Virus record (IMG/VR): IMGVR_UViG_3300030108_001765
Location: 1 to 24,184 of that record
Strand: one strand, 5' to 3'
DNA from: a virus
Taxonomy: Duplodnaviria; Caudoviricetes
DNA length: 24,184 nucleotides
The translations under genes and the position numbers were made by a program. Below are positions 8,118 to 17,864 of the stretch, piece by piece (the stretch's first letter is position 1; every line of letters begins with the position of its first letter). The notes beneath the pieces were generated by a model, which saw only the letters and a list, made by a program, of their open reading frames with translations, searched no databases and had not been told where the DNA came from.

Positions 8118-8350
8118 CTTCTATTCCTCTGCTTTTGAAGAGCTACTCTTCTATTTAATTCCTCAAATAGGATCTTGTCAACCGTAGCGTTTATACGCTT
8201 TAATGTTGGTTTACTTATTGCTGTGCCTTTGTTTGTCAGATCTGAATTCGACAGATCAACCTCTACAGAGATGTCTCCTCTTACTGAGTTGAAATCTCCA
8301 GAGTTGATAGTCTCTCCAGCACTAACTCTGATGCTTCTTATTGTTGCCAT
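8114..8350 (-). CDS. Hypothetical viral protein
   Basis: 78-aa ORF with GGAG SD; IRVSAGETINSGDFNSVR resembles a common small phage protein pattern. Confidence 0.7.
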   Translation of the reverse strand: MATIRSIRVSAGETINSGDFNSVRGDISVEVDLSNSDLTNKGTAISKPTLKRINATVDKILFEELNRRVALQKQRNRR

Positions 8351-8377
8351 TTTTTTCTCCTTTGTTTTGTTCGAGGA

Positions 8378-8704
8378 TCATAATTCACCCCATAACTTTG
8401 CTATAACGTCAGTCCAAATATCCTGTGCATGTCTTTCAGGATTCATCCACTTTGGATTGAAGTCAATATGTTTAACTTGTTTACCTCTTAAGTAAACATT
8501 ACCATTACTATCTATTCTTGCCCTTCCTCCTTTTGGAAGTAACTTAGATCTTAACCATTCGCCAAATTCTTTACTGTCAGGATCTGACTCATCTAATATT
8601 TGTTTTTGTTTTCTTGCCCATATTCTTCCAGAAGTATAAACTGTAACACTTTCTGGAGTGTAATACTTTCCTTCATATTGAAATGGAATTAAGTCATCTG
8701 TCAT
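8378..8704 (-). CDS. Hypothetical protein
   Basis: 108-aa ORF with GGTGA SD upstream, in operon orientation. Confidence 0.7.
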   Translation of the reverse strand: MTDDLIPFQYEGKYYTPESVTVYTSGRIWARKQKQILDESDPDSKEFGEWLRSKLLPKGGRARIDSNGNVYLRGKQVKHIDFNPKWMNPERHAQDIWTDVIAKLWGEL

Positions 8705-8706
8705 TG

Positions 8707-8895
8707 CTAATCACCTTTGTTTCCTATATCTACCGTCAGTTTATTACTTTGTTGTCTCAACCAACCATAACAATGTCCACAATATCCATTCCACATTCTT
8801 GCAGACTTTGTAGGGTTAGGAATACGATCTCCACACTTAGGACAGTTGTGGTTATGGATCCTACGATTTAGACCTTGAATTGGTGGAACTCCCAT
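8707..8895 (-). CDS. Zn-finger protein (62 aa; start revised to ATG 8895)
   Basis: CPKC and CGHC; TAATG coupling to the upstream microprotein. Confidence 0.65.
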   Translation of the reverse strand: MGVPPIQGLNRRIHNHNCPKCGDRIPNPTKSARMWNGYCGHCYGWLRQQSNKLTVDIGNKGD

Positions 8896-8999
8896 TATTT
8901 TTCCTTCCCTATTTGCCAATAAACACCTAACCAAAATCCTCCAATAAACATTATTAGAAAAAATATAGACAATATAAGTGCTGTAGTAAAATCATTCAT
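8895..8999 (-). CDS. Single-TM microprotein (34 aa)
   Basis: MNDFTTALILSIFFLIMFIGGFWLGVYWQIGKEK*. Confidence 0.55.
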   Translation of the reverse strand: MNDFTTALILSIFFLIMFIGGFWLGVYWQIGKEK

Positions 9000-9204
9000 C
9001 CTTATACTTCCCAGATTGTATATCTTCTATCATAGCACCCATTAACAATACCATCATATGCAAACCAACATCAAAAGCTTCAAGCTGTTTACCTTTGTAT
9101 TTCATTACATTATCTCTTCTAAAATTCTCAGCGTGTTCAATTAATGAGTCTAATTGAACTACCCAAGCATCATGTAAAAAATGTTCACCTTCTAATTCAG
9201 TCAT
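8992..9204 (-). CDS. Hypothetical protein (70 aa; start revised to MTELEG at 9204)
   Basis: GGAGGT SD before ATG 9204; this start avoids a long overlap with the methyltransferase. Confidence 0.6.
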   Translation of the reverse strand: MTELEGEHFLHDAWVVQLDSLIEHAENFRRDNVMKYKGKQLEAFDVGLHMMVLLMGAMIEDIQSGKYKDE

Positions 9205-9757
9205 TAGTAACCTCCAAAGTAGTCTGTCCGTCTTGATCTGTATCAGATTCATTACCCCAAACATCCCAGCCTTGTCTTTTTGATCTTGCAAACAATTCCA
9301 GATAAGGCCCTGCACTAATTGATTCTATCCTGACATATTGTTCCTCAGGCTTTTGACTGTGCTTTTTTCTTTTTGCTTGGATCACTGAAGAACAAGAACT
9401 ATCTGGAATCTTGTTTCTATGAAACTTACCTTTCACTCCAAATAACATAAGCTCATGTTGACCTCTAAAATATTGACCTAAACCAAATCTATCCTTGACC
9501 CATACAATATTCGTAATGTATCTAAATCCTAAGTTTTCCATTATATTGATACCGTCTTTGAGGAAATTGTTAGTAACCCATATGTAACAATGAGCATCAT
9601 CAGCTATTCTTCCTTTGTCGTTTATTCCATCCACAATTGCAGGAAGCATATCTTTAGGTTTAATTAGAGGGTAATGTTTGTCTGCTCCTCTTTTGATCTT
9701 ACCTCCACCTGTTTCATTCCAAGGAGGATCCATCATTATAGTCCTATATTCTTTCAT
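9197..9757 (-). CDS. MT-A70-family N6-adenine methyltransferase
   Basis: YRTIMMDPPW, HYP, WVTN, GFRY, WVK, GLGQYFRGQHE, HSQKPE, YLELFAR, GWDVWGNE. Confidence 0.92.
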   Translation of the reverse strand: MKEYRTIMMDPPWNETGGGKIKRGADKHYPLIKPKDMLPAIVDGINDKGRIADDAHCYIWVTNNFLKDGINIMENLGFRYITNIVWVKDRFGLGQYFRGQHELMLFGVKGKFHRNKIPDSSCSSVIQAKRKKHSQKPEEQYVRIESISAGPYLELFARSKRQGWDVWGNESDTDQDGQTTLEVTND

Positions 9758-10116
9758 TCGTTCTCCTCCTGCAATTTTCTTTCATCACAAATAGATTGAG
9801 CTAATCTGTCCCAATCTACTCTCCATACTGAACCAACATCATCATTCATTCCAATAGCCCATTCAGGCATTTCCATTCCTTGTTGTTTCCAATAATAAGG
9901 AGAAATTATATCTGAGACCCATTCTCTTAGTTGATCTGAGTATTGATACCTGAGATTACTATCATCATCTAATACTTCACTCTCATTTTCAAACTCCTTA
10001 ACTTGATCGTATAATTCATTATACTCTTGAACCAATATCGGGTCATTGTCTAAATGTAGCATTACTGCCCAAGTTTCTCTATTTGTCCATCCGTTGTATT
10101 CTTCTTCTCTTGACAT
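9754..10116 (-). CDS. Conserved viral hypothetical protein (YNGWTNxETW family)
   Basis: N-terminal YNGWTNRETW and C-terminal VDWDRLA; GGTGA SD. Confidence 0.75.
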   Translation of the reverse strand: MSREEEYNGWTNRETWAVMLHLDNDPILVQEYNELYDQVKEFENESEVLDDDSNLRYQYSDQLREWVSDIISPYYWKQQGMEMPEWAIGMNDDVGSVWRVDWDRLAQSICDERKLQEENE

Positions 10117-10470
10117 TTAATCACCTTTGTATTTTCTATCATGAACCGCCCATTCTTTAAAAGTGTCCTGACGTTCTCTCATTTTCTTTTGTGTAGCTTT
10201 TGAAGCTTGGAATACCTTGTCAGTATTCTGAACTTGCCTCTTTACTCTAAAGATAGTTTCAGCACTTGGAGTATAATGTAATAAGTCATACAAATCAGAC
10301 AAGAATGCATCTTCTTCACATTGACGACCTTTAGGACTCGTTGCTTGATAATACTCTTTTAAGATCAAGTAATACATAAACATAGGATCCTCACGAGATG
10401 CTGAAACATTCTTAAGATAATGAATTACAGTATCTTTTGTTTTACTGATCTTACTAAATGTATCACTCAC
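10117..10470 (-). CDS. Hypothetical protein, possible HTH
   Basis: PSAETIFRVKRQVQN helix; GTG start with GGAGG SD. Confidence 0.7.
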   Translation of the reverse strand: MSDTFSKISKTKDTVIHYLKNVSASREDPMFMYYLILKEYYQATSPKGRQCEEDAFLSDLYDLLHYTPSAETIFRVKRQVQNTDKVFQASKATQKKMRERQDTFKEWAVHDRKYKGD

Positions 10471-10717
10471 CGTAAACCTCCACTAATGCTAAGATAGCAT
10501 GGAATATGTGATCTACAGGACAACCCTCTTCATAGAAATCTCTTTTCTCATCTTCATAATAAGCCTCGTAAATCATCCTTATAGCTTTCTTAAGACTCAT
10601 CTCATGAGCAAACCTCTTTTCCCATTCTAAGTAATGATCTAATTGCTTTTCAGTCAATAAAGAAAATAAGTATTCATTTACTTTCTTATTGTGATAATGT
10701 TCGTTTAATAAGCTCAT
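10463..10717 (-). CDS. Hypothetical protein
   Basis: 84-aa ORF coupled to its neighbours. Confidence 0.65.
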   Translation of the reverse strand: MSLLNEHYHNKKVNEYLFSLLTEKQLDHYLEWEKRFAHEMSLKKAIRMIYEAYYEDEKRDFYEEGCPVDHIFHAILALVEVYGE

Positions 10718-10902
10718 TTTAACTTTGCCTCTATGCCTGTAGTGTGTTCCTCAAAAGCAAGGTAGCAGTTCTTACAAAGATGTCCTACTCCATGATACTT
10801 TACTGCTTTTTGAGATACTTTAATTGTAAGAGATACATTACCTATAGAATGTCTTTCGATACCGTGATCCCAACATCTATCACATAATTCTATTCTTGGC
10901 AT
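10714..10902 (-). CDS. Zn-finger microprotein
   Basis: CDRC and CKNC; GGAGG SD. Confidence 0.65.
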   Translation of the reverse strand: MPRIELCDRCWDHGIERHSIGNVSLTIKVSQKAVKYHGVGHLCKNCYLAFEEHTTGIEAKLK

Positions 10903-11049
10903 TTATTCCTCCAACATATCAGCTAAGAAATAGATAACCTTAGGATCCTTACAGTTATCTCTCATTAACTTTACATATTCGTTTCGGGTATAATATCCTC
11001 TTTCTATTCCTAATTTATTATCAGGAATGAAAAGTATGCCATCATACAT
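10903..11049 (-). CDS. Small hypothetical protein (48 aa)
   Basis: MYDGILFIPDNKLGIERG...ADMLEE*; GGAGG SD. Confidence 0.55.
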   Translation of the reverse strand: MYDGILFIPDNKLGIERGYYTRNEYVKLMRDNCKDPKVIYFLADMLEE

Positions 11050-11197
11050 AGAAAGCCTCCAATCTTTTGTCTAAATAAGTTACAAGTTTTGCTTCTTCCT
11101 CGTTTTCAGGATCAGTCAAGTCATAACATGATTCAAGCATATCCAAGAATGTTACTATTTGTTTTCCACTAAGCCTAACATTAACTTTTGGATCCAT
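11042..11197 (-). CDS. Small hypothetical protein (51 aa)
   Basis: MDPKVNVRLSGKQ...RLEAFYV*; GGAGG SD. Confidence 0.6.
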   Translation of the reverse strand: MDPKVNVRLSGKQIVTFLDMLESCYDLTDPENEEEAKLVTYLDKRLEAFYV

Positions 11198-11353
11198 TTA
11201 GTTTCCTCCTGTTGCTTTGTTAAAACCGTAGTTGTTAGGATCGTTATAAACTTCCCCACAATCTACACAATAGACTTTCTTGATGTACAAGAATGGCTGA
11301 CAGCTTGATCCACATTCGCAGATCAAGTTTTCGGATATAGTATTAGTTACCAT
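11198..11353 (-). CDS. Zn-ribbon microprotein (51 aa)
   Basis: MVTNTISENLICECG...YCVDCGEVY...GGN*; AGGTGA SD. Confidence 0.6.
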   Translation of the reverse strand: MVTNTISENLICECGSSCQPFLYIKKVYCVDCGEVYNDPNNYGFNKATGGN

Positions 11354-11375
11354 TTTTCACCTTTGTTAAATTAAC

Positions 11376-11395
11376 ATATATAACATTATATATAA
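11376..11395 (-). promoter_or_regulatory. Tandem TTATATAT boxes; promoter of the small-gene operon
   Basis: TTATATAT at 11395-11388 and 11383-11376, in the gap between the tail and accessory modules. Confidence 0.55.
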
Positions 11396-11414
11396 GCTTG
11401 ATGCTGAAACTTAT

Positions 11415-12626
11415 TTAAGAAATGTTTCGTTGTATCAATTCTGATATAGGTAACTGTCTTTCTCCTAATGTAATTGTTGATTCTATTGATCCATTGTTTA
11501 AGGTAAAGGTAGAGGACTCTACAGGTAATACTTCTTCTATACCTACACTTGGAGCTGTAATCTCTACTAAATCACTTGGCAAGAACATAAAGTTCATTCC
11601 TGTTTTAACTGTATATGAATATGTAGGAAATTTATATCTCTCAACGTATTTGTAAGCTTGATCTTGTAACTCTCCACCATCTGTAGAATTAGACTTAAAT
11701 GTTTTAGACATTTTGCCATATTTAGCTATTGAATTCTGATCTTCATGTAATCCTGAAATTTCAGGATCTGAAACATTAGTAATAGTTAAACTGTTAACCA
11801 TTCGTGAAGTATCTATACGAGCTTGAATTCCTTTAACCATAATTCCAGCCGAATCTTCTTTTAATTTGTGAGTCACTTTTGGAGTTATAGTGTTAACATC
11901 ATTGTAGTAAAAGAATACTTTATTATGATGAGTAATGTAATACTTCCAATTATAGTATTCATTTTTTTCATATTGATTAACAGAATAATCAGATGGAAAT
12001 ATTCCTTTATACATTTCGCCAAATACTTTATCTAAAAATTGTTTAGGAGTTTGAACTCCCCATATGTTCATATCTTCTGTGGCCATTATTTCAGATCCTT
12101 CAGTTAACAAAGAAGTGTCAAACCATCTTCCTCCCCAGAAATCGTAAGATCCTAAAGCTGAACCATAAGTTGTTGAAACTTCATTAAAGTCATCAAAAAT
12201 AGATTTAGCAACGTAATACAAATCATCTCCAACGTAATCTTCAGCTTTATAGTTTCTAACTTCTCCTGTAGCTAATGTGCTAACCATATCAGTGCAAGTT
12301 ACTACTACTGAATTATATTTAGGTTGTAACAATCTTACAATTCCATTAAATCGTAATGGCAAAACAGTAGAACCTCTATATTTGTCAAAAGGTGTTTCTT
12401 GAGTTATAAGATCACCAAAACCGTGAGAACCTGCAACCTTTACTGTAGATCCTAAATGAAACAGATCTGCTGTAGATGACCCTAATAATTCCATAACTAA
12501 TGTACAAGCTGAGTTAGCTTCGTGAGTAATATTTAATTTAGAACAAACAAAGTCTTGCTGTATATCATTGATCTTAATATCTAATTGAAAGACATATGGA
12601 TTGAGACCTTGTAATGGTGGTGACAT
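11415..12626 (-). CDS. Baseplate hub / Tal-like tail protein
   Basis: Last tail gene; DQNSIAKYG and a terminal beta-barrel (PSDLVEIT...STITLG) resemble the Mu gp44/T4 gp27-like hub architecture. Confidence 0.6.
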   Translation of the reverse strand: MSPPLQGLNPYVFQLDIKINDIQQDFVCSKLNITHEANSACTLVMELLGSSTADLFHLGSTVKVAGSHGFGDLITQETPFDKYRGSTVLPLRFNGIVRLLQPKYNSVVVTCTDMVSTLATGEVRNYKAEDYVGDDLYYVAKSIFDDFNEVSTTYGSALGSYDFWGGRWFDTSLLTEGSEIMATEDMNIWGVQTPKQFLDKVFGEMYKGIFPSDYSVNQYEKNEYYNWKYYITHHNKVFFYYNDVNTITPKVTHKLKEDSAGIMVKGIQARIDTSRMVNSLTITNVSDPEISGLHEDQNSIAKYGKMSKTFKSNSTDGGELQDQAYKYVERYKFPTYSYTVKTGMNFMFLPSDLVEITAPSVGIEEVLPVESSTFTLNNGSIESTITLGERQLPISELIQRNIS

Positions 12627-15286
12627 TAAGTTAAAGCCCTCTTTTCACCTATGATCATAAATTTAAAGGATCCATTATAGAACTTAGAGTCTGAAGCTCC
12701 TTTGTTTAATGATCCATTTACTAATTTAATTATAAGATCACGATGAGAAGAAGTAATAGTATCTAATCGTTTTGTATTAATAAACATATAATCATATCTA
12801 TTTCCATCCATAATATTCCACAAGATCCTAAGACCTGCTTGAGTTATAGCTTTTATTTTTAGATCTATTTGAGGAGTTCCAGAATTTGTTCTTACTACAC
12901 CTACAGGATATATTTGTTTACCAATAGGAACTCTACCTTCTAGACCTCCTGTTCGAGAATAGTTAGAACTTTCTAAAGCTATGTCTCCTTGATCTATTAA
13001 TGTATCTAAATCTACACTTTTAGGTTTTTGATAGTTAATATACAAATTACTTGTAGCTGTAGTAGTGCCGACTTGATCTTGAGAAACTCCTGAAGTAATT
13101 GTTACTGTTGCTGAAGCTGGAGATCCAACATGATACAATACAAAAGGAATAGCTGCTCTTTCTCTTGTGTCATGACAAACAGTAATATTTTGACCTGCAG
13201 TATCTCCTGAACCTGAAATAGTTTCCTCAAAAGTAATTTTGTTTCCAAGATCTCCAGCACCTCCAGTAATTGTCTTGATAGTATAATATCCATTAAATTC
13301 AGTAGTAGAACTAAATGTAACATAAATCTTGTCACCTACTTCAAACATTCCATCTCTTCTAATGTAAGCATCTCCTGATCCTGTATATTCTATATCATTG
13401 TTAGTCTTGTCTAATATTCCATCATTAGTACCTGGAAATGCTAAACTCTTGTAACCTCCAAAAGCATAATCAGAGTCAATGTAAGCAAGGTGTTTAGCTA
13501 TAAATCTATGAGTTCCAGCTATATGATCTATACGTCCAACAAAAAAGTGACAAGGGTCAGAAGTGTCTTGACCTGCCGTCACAACAACCATATCTACATG
13601 TTTAAAATAATTAGTAGTTCCTGTTGGAGAATCATCTGCAAAAGTATTGTTGTAGACAACTTCTCCAGTTATATTTTCAGACACATATCTATAGTAACCT
13701 GTTTCGGATCCAAATTCTGCTGCTGTATCTGCTACTGCAGTTTCTCCGCCACCATCGTCATAAAAGGAAGCTATTCCAAATATTGTAAGAGTAGAGTTGT
13801 TAGATCTGGACATTTTAACAGCTAACTTTTTAGATCCATCCTCAAGTTCAGTATTGTCTATGTCTGTAGCATTAGCAGTAGCAAATACTCCATTTGCAGG
13901 ATCTAAAAAATGTTTCCATTTATGATGATATATTTCTACACCTGAATCTCCTGTTACAGATCTGACACTATTGACTACATTAACATCATCAAACAAACCA
14001 TACTCAGTTAATGACATAGTTTTCTTAGCTGCCTGACCTACTGCAGTAGCAGATCTGGCAGAAACGTTAGGAACAGAAACTCCTAAAGAACTAATTAATT
14101 TAAGATCAGACTTGAATCCTTGTTCGTCCTCGATCCCGATCCAAATATATTTTTGTCCGCTGGAACCAAAGATATGTTTAATGGTTGTAGAGTTAGTTGT
14201 AGCTGTTAATGTTTTAGTTACTAAGTTTGGTGAATTGTAAGTTTCACCTGACGAAGCTCCTTCCCATATAACATGGATTTTCTTAAATTGACCTGAATGA
14301 ACACTATTAGTAGATGGAACAGTTATTACTCCTTCGTCTCCTGTATTAGTAAAAGCAGTCGAATAAGATACAGTTCCTATTTTAGGTCTTGAAATTTTTA
14401 TAGTGTTAGATCCTTGAGAAGTAGAATTTGTAAATGTAGCATTTTCCATAAAAGCTCTAACGTAGTAAGCGGTGTCTTCAGAAGCTAAGAAATCAGCACT
14501 TGAAACCTGAGCTAAATCTGCACCATCAAAACTTTCAAAGTTAACGTTTGAGATTTCTGCCTGATGAGTAGATGAAGCGTTTATTGTAGCTGAAGTTGAC
14601 CAATTCAAAGTTATTCCTGTATCTGTATTTGTAGGCGTAGTTTTGTTAACTATAAGAGCATTAGTTCCTGAAGGAGCTATAGATATGTTTGGAGTAGTTG
14701 GTTTAGGTTGAGTATAAGTAATAGTATAGGTAGGAACGTTTCCTGAACCTCCTGTATTATTGTCATCTTCAAAAGTAGCTAATGTGGATCCATAATTATT
14801 GTCATCATGCAATACAGAAAAATGATAGCTTTCTCCAAAAGAAATGCCCATAGCTGTAACTACATTGTTAGGAACTGTAAACACTTTATCTCCTGTTGCA
14901 CCTGTTCCTGTTGCTACATTAGAACAAAAATGAGTGTGAGCTTTGCTACTTTCGTCAGATCTAAGTTCCCATGTATAATCAGTTAATCCATGAGGAGAAG
15001 TATATGTGGCCTCGTTTTCAGCAAAAGAACTATTTAATCCAAATAATGAAATTGTAGAATTAGAAGTTCCTGATCTTTTATTTAAGGTTATAGCAATTGA
15101 CTCCACTATAGAATCTGACGGAATCCCTAATGCAGCAGTAGTTGGAATATCTAAACCTAATAATATTATTTTATCGTTTCCATCATGTGCTCCTCTTATT
15201 TCTAAAACAGTTCCGTTTTTGTTGGTTCCAGCGTTTTGATCTACCCATGTACAATTATCAATAACTAATTCGCCTGTTGTTCCCAT
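12626..15286 (-). CDS. Large distal tail protein (beta-sandwich domains, DNRLRE-like N-terminus)
   Basis: T/S/G-rich 886 aa between tape measure and hub; N-terminal TWV...LLGLDIP...IPSDSIVESIAITL...ENEATY pattern. Confidence 0.6.
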   Translation of the reverse strand: MGTTGELVIDNCTWVDQNAGTNKNGTVLEIRGAHDGNDKIILLGLDIPTTAALGIPSDSIVESIAITLNKRSGTSNSTISLFGLNSSFAENEATYTSPHGLTDYTWELRSDESSKAHTHFCSNVATGTGATGDKVFTVPNNVVTAMGISFGESYHFSVLHDDNNYGSTLATFEDDNNTGGSGNVPTYTITYTQPKPTTPNISIAPSGTNALIVNKTTPTNTDTGITLNWSTSATINASSTHQAEISNVNFESFDGADLAQVSSADFLASEDTAYYVRAFMENATFTNSTSQGSNTIKISRPKIGTVSYSTAFTNTGDEGVITVPSTNSVHSGQFKKIHVIWEGASSGETYNSPNLVTKTLTATTNSTTIKHIFGSSGQKYIWIGIEDEQGFKSDLKLISSLGVSVPNVSARSATAVGQAAKKTMSLTEYGLFDDVNVVNSVRSVTGDSGVEIYHHKWKHFLDPANGVFATANATDIDNTELEDGSKKLAVKMSRSNNSTLTIFGIASFYDDGGGETAVADTAAEFGSETGYYRYVSENITGEVVYNNTFADDSPTGTTNYFKHVDMVVVTAGQDTSDPCHFFVGRIDHIAGTHRFIAKHLAYIDSDYAFGGYKSLAFPGTNDGILDKTNNDIEYTGSGDAYIRRDGMFEVGDKIYVTFSSTTEFNGYYTIKTITGGAGDLGNKITFEETISGSGDTAGQNITVCHDTRERAAIPFVLYHVGSPASATVTITSGVSQDQVGTTTATSNLYINYQKPKSVDLDTLIDQGDIALESSNYSRTGGLEGRVPIGKQIYPVGVVRTNSGTPQIDLKIKAITQAGLRILWNIMDGNRYDYMFINTKRLDTITSSHRDLIIKLVNGSLNKGASDSKFYNGSFKFMIIGEKRALT

Positions 15287-15864
15287 TAAGTTATACTCCC
15301 TACATAACCTGACACACGGTCTCCTATATCAGATATTACGTCAAACTTAGAAGTTAAATTATCTAATCCATCAGCTAAACCTTCTATGTAATTAATAATT
15401 CCTTGTATAGCATCTCCCATAGCTCTAAAAGAATCTGTAATTATTCCTGTCTTTAATTCTAAGTAAGTAAGTCCTAAGATTAACAAAGCAATAGCAGCTA
15501 CAACTAAGATTATAGGATTCAATAACAATACAGCGTTAAAGATCTTAAACCCTGAAATAACTAATTCCAAAGGCCCAATAAGTAATTCCATTTGTTTTTG
15601 AGTTCTTAGTAATGACTCGTACTGTTCTTCGTTAACCATGTTAAGATCTTTAGCAGCATTTATTGATTTACTGTAACCTCCAACTAATCCATTAAGACCA
15701 CTTGTTAATTGTTCCATAGCTCCCATTAACACTTGAGCTTGGAAAGCAGCAGAGTCCTGTTCTTTTCTCAGATCTGACGTAGACTGTTCAGCTTTCTTCA
15801 TGCCTTGTTCATAATTAGTAGTGTCAGCTTCCATTACAATATTCAAGGCATCAACAGTTGTCAT
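15286..15864 (-). CDS. Very short tape measure protein
   Basis: N-terminal LNIVMEADTTNYEQGMKKA; hydrophobic LNPIILVVAAIALLI segment typical of TMPs; position after tube and chaperone. Confidence 0.75.
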   Translation of the reverse strand: MTTVDALNIVMEADTTNYEQGMKKAEQSTSDLRKEQDSAAFQAQVLMGAMEQLTSGLNGLVGGYSKSINAAKDLNMVNEEQYESLLRTQKQMELLIGPLELVISGFKIFNAVLLLNPIILVVAAIALLILGLTYLELKTGIITDSFRAMGDAIQGIINYIEGLADGLDNLTSKFDVISDIGDRVSGYVGSIT

Positions 15865-16445
15865 TACAGGGATCGCTCCATTTTGTTTTGCAGATCAGTT
15901 AATTCACTATTACGATCTTCTAAGACTCGTTTAGCAGCTTCAGCTTTTTGAGAAGTTAATAAATTTACATAAGACATTAATGTGTTACGATCATAATCAT
16001 CAAGTATGTCAAACATAGCAGATACATCTTCATAATTCATTTTAGGTTGTTCGATCATAACTTCCAACATTCCTTTGTAGATTGGCATAGCTTTACTTTG
16101 TCCAGCGTTCACGATCTGATATTCTTCTTTAGTTAACTTTTCTCCATTCATTACTCTGTTAGCTAAGGATCCTAAAACTTTTTTATTCTTTAACAGATCT
16201 GCTTTTTCATTGTAAAACTTTTCATCTATCCCTCGCCATTCTTCTTCTGTTAATCTTCTAATTATGATCTTAGGAGTCTCGTGTTGAGATCTATTTCTGT
16301 AAAAAGGAAACCCAAACCAACTTTTTTTCTTAGGCATGAGTTTAGCTAACGAAGGAAGTAATACTTCTTTACGTTCCCAATATTCCTTTCTAACTGCACT
16401 TACGTCTAATAGTGACGTTTCTAATTGTCCTTTTACTGATACCAT
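15864..16445 (-). CDS. Putative tail assembly chaperone
   Basis: Lies between tail tube and TMP; IIRRLT motif; charged and helical. Confidence 0.55.
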   Translation of the reverse strand: MVSVKGQLETSLLDVSAVRKEYWERKEVLLPSLAKLMPKKKSWFGFPFYRNRSQHETPKIIIRRLTEEEWRGIDEKFYNEKADLLKNKKVLGSLANRVMNGEKLTKEEYQIVNAGQSKAMPIYKGMLEVMIEQPKMNYEDVSAMFDILDDYDRNTLMSYVNLLTSQKAEAAKRVLEDRNSELTDLQNKMERSL

Positions 16446-16460
16446 TTAACCTACCTAACA

Positions 16461-17864
16461 TTATAATAACCAATCAGTTGAAATTGCATACGAACTTGTA
16501 TCGTATTTAGTTCCTTCTCCTGAAAATTGTATAACTAAATCTTCTGGAGTTTCTGTTCCTGCCGTATAAGGAGCTGTTCGTGTTATGATCTTACCATTAG
16601 TTAATGCTATCTTATACGAAGATCCACCTTCTGAAATTGCTATTTCCATAAGTGGAACTTTGAGATCAGACTGTAAAGCATCGTAAAACGTTTCGTCTTT
16701 GCTTGTAGTCTTTAATTCTAAAGTAACTGTTGAAGCTCCTCTAAACACGTTGGCATTTTGTAATGTATGAGTTATAGAGTTGGCTGTCTTAGCTTGAGGA
16801 ATAGATCCTAAATTATTAGCTAATGTTAATTTAAAAGATTTTAAATAAGGAACTTCTGTTAAAGTATCTACAGCATATATGTAATAAGGATCATCAGAAA
16901 CGTTACCGTTTCCTGACGTGTTATAGATTCCTTTTACTAATTGAGTAGATGGAATAGTGTTTGCACTTGATCCTGTATCTTCACAAGCCCAACCTGAAGC
17001 GTCATTAATAATCTTAGCAATTCCACCATTAGCTCCTGAAGTTGTTCCATCTCCTATAATCAATGCATTAGCAGATTGTAGATCTATATGACCTGTTGTA
17101 TTTACTGCAGTAGACAAAGCATCATTAACATAGAATACCATATAGCGTTCACCGACCTCTACATAACTGTTAGCAGGGCCATCAATCTTCAAACCTTTGT
17201 CTAAAGTAGTAGCTAAGTTTCCTCCTTGTGATCCATATTTTACTGTAATGTCTTGTCCTGTAGCAGGAGATGAAGAAGGAACCGCCCCCGCAGAAACAGA
17301 TCCGTAATTTGACCGAACAAAACCACTTGCCGAAAAGTCCCTTGCTCCAGTGTATGATGTTTGACCTGCTGGTCCTTCTTCACTCCAATAGGCTAAAGTG
17401 TCACAATTTAGAGTGGCTAAGGAACCTGTAGTCATATCTGCTTCAAGATCAATAGAGTTAAAAGAAACTCCTGATACTAAAGTAGCTTGAAAATTAGATC
17501 CAATTTTTTCATCTGCTAAAATTGAAACACTATCTATTCCAGTAGTTAGTTTTTGTCCTACTAATTTGGATCCACTAATACTGTATGTGGTTATTCCCAA
17601 AGCTCTTGCTATGAAATTTCTCCATGCAGAACCATGTAAACCAATTTTTAGTGGACATTGTATGTTTATTGGCCCACTTAAGATATGGGCGTTACTACTT
17701 TGACCAATACTGGAAATAGGCGTATATTGTCTATCAAACATTCTTGGATCAAAAGTGTCAAGCGAACCTGTATGGTTTAATGCGTCAGCAGCAGGAGTTC
17801 CATAAGTAGACTCTGCATTCCAATAAGCATTAACCGACTGTGGCATTCTTACATTGTTTGTCAT
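16461..17864 (-). CDS. Major tail tube protein with inserted domain
   Basis: N-terminal ESTYGTP, SFKLTLANNL, beta-rich; position in the tail module. Confidence 0.7.
   Translation of the reverse strand: MTNNVRMPQSVNAYWNAESTYGTPAADALNHTGSLDTFDPRMFDRQYTPISSIGQSSNAHILSGPINIQCPLKIGLHGSAWRNFIARALGITTYSISGSKLVGQKLTTGIDSVSILADEKIGSNFQATLVSGVSFNSIDLEADMTTGSLATLNCDTLAYWSEEGPAGQTSYTGARDFSASGFVRSNYGSVSAGAVPSSSPATGQDITVKYGSQGGNLATTLDKGLKIDGPANSYVEVGERYMVFYVNDALSTAVNTTGHIDLQSANALIIGDGTTSGANGGIAKIINDASGWACEDTGSSANTIPSTQLVKGIYNTSGNGNVSDDPYYIYAVDTLTEVPYLKSFKLTLANNLGSIPQAKTANSITHTLQNANVFRGASTVTLELKTTSKDETFYDALQSDLKVPLMEIAISEGGSSYKIALTNGKIITRTAPYTAGTETPEDLVIQFSGEGTKYDTSSYAISTDWLL

Noticed and set aside
15864-16445. 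Programmed -1 frameshift in the tail assembly chaperone
   Set aside because: The GGGTTTC heptamer near 16310 is not in X-XXY-YYZ phase, and the TMP starts at the stop codon, leaving no room for an extension ORF.
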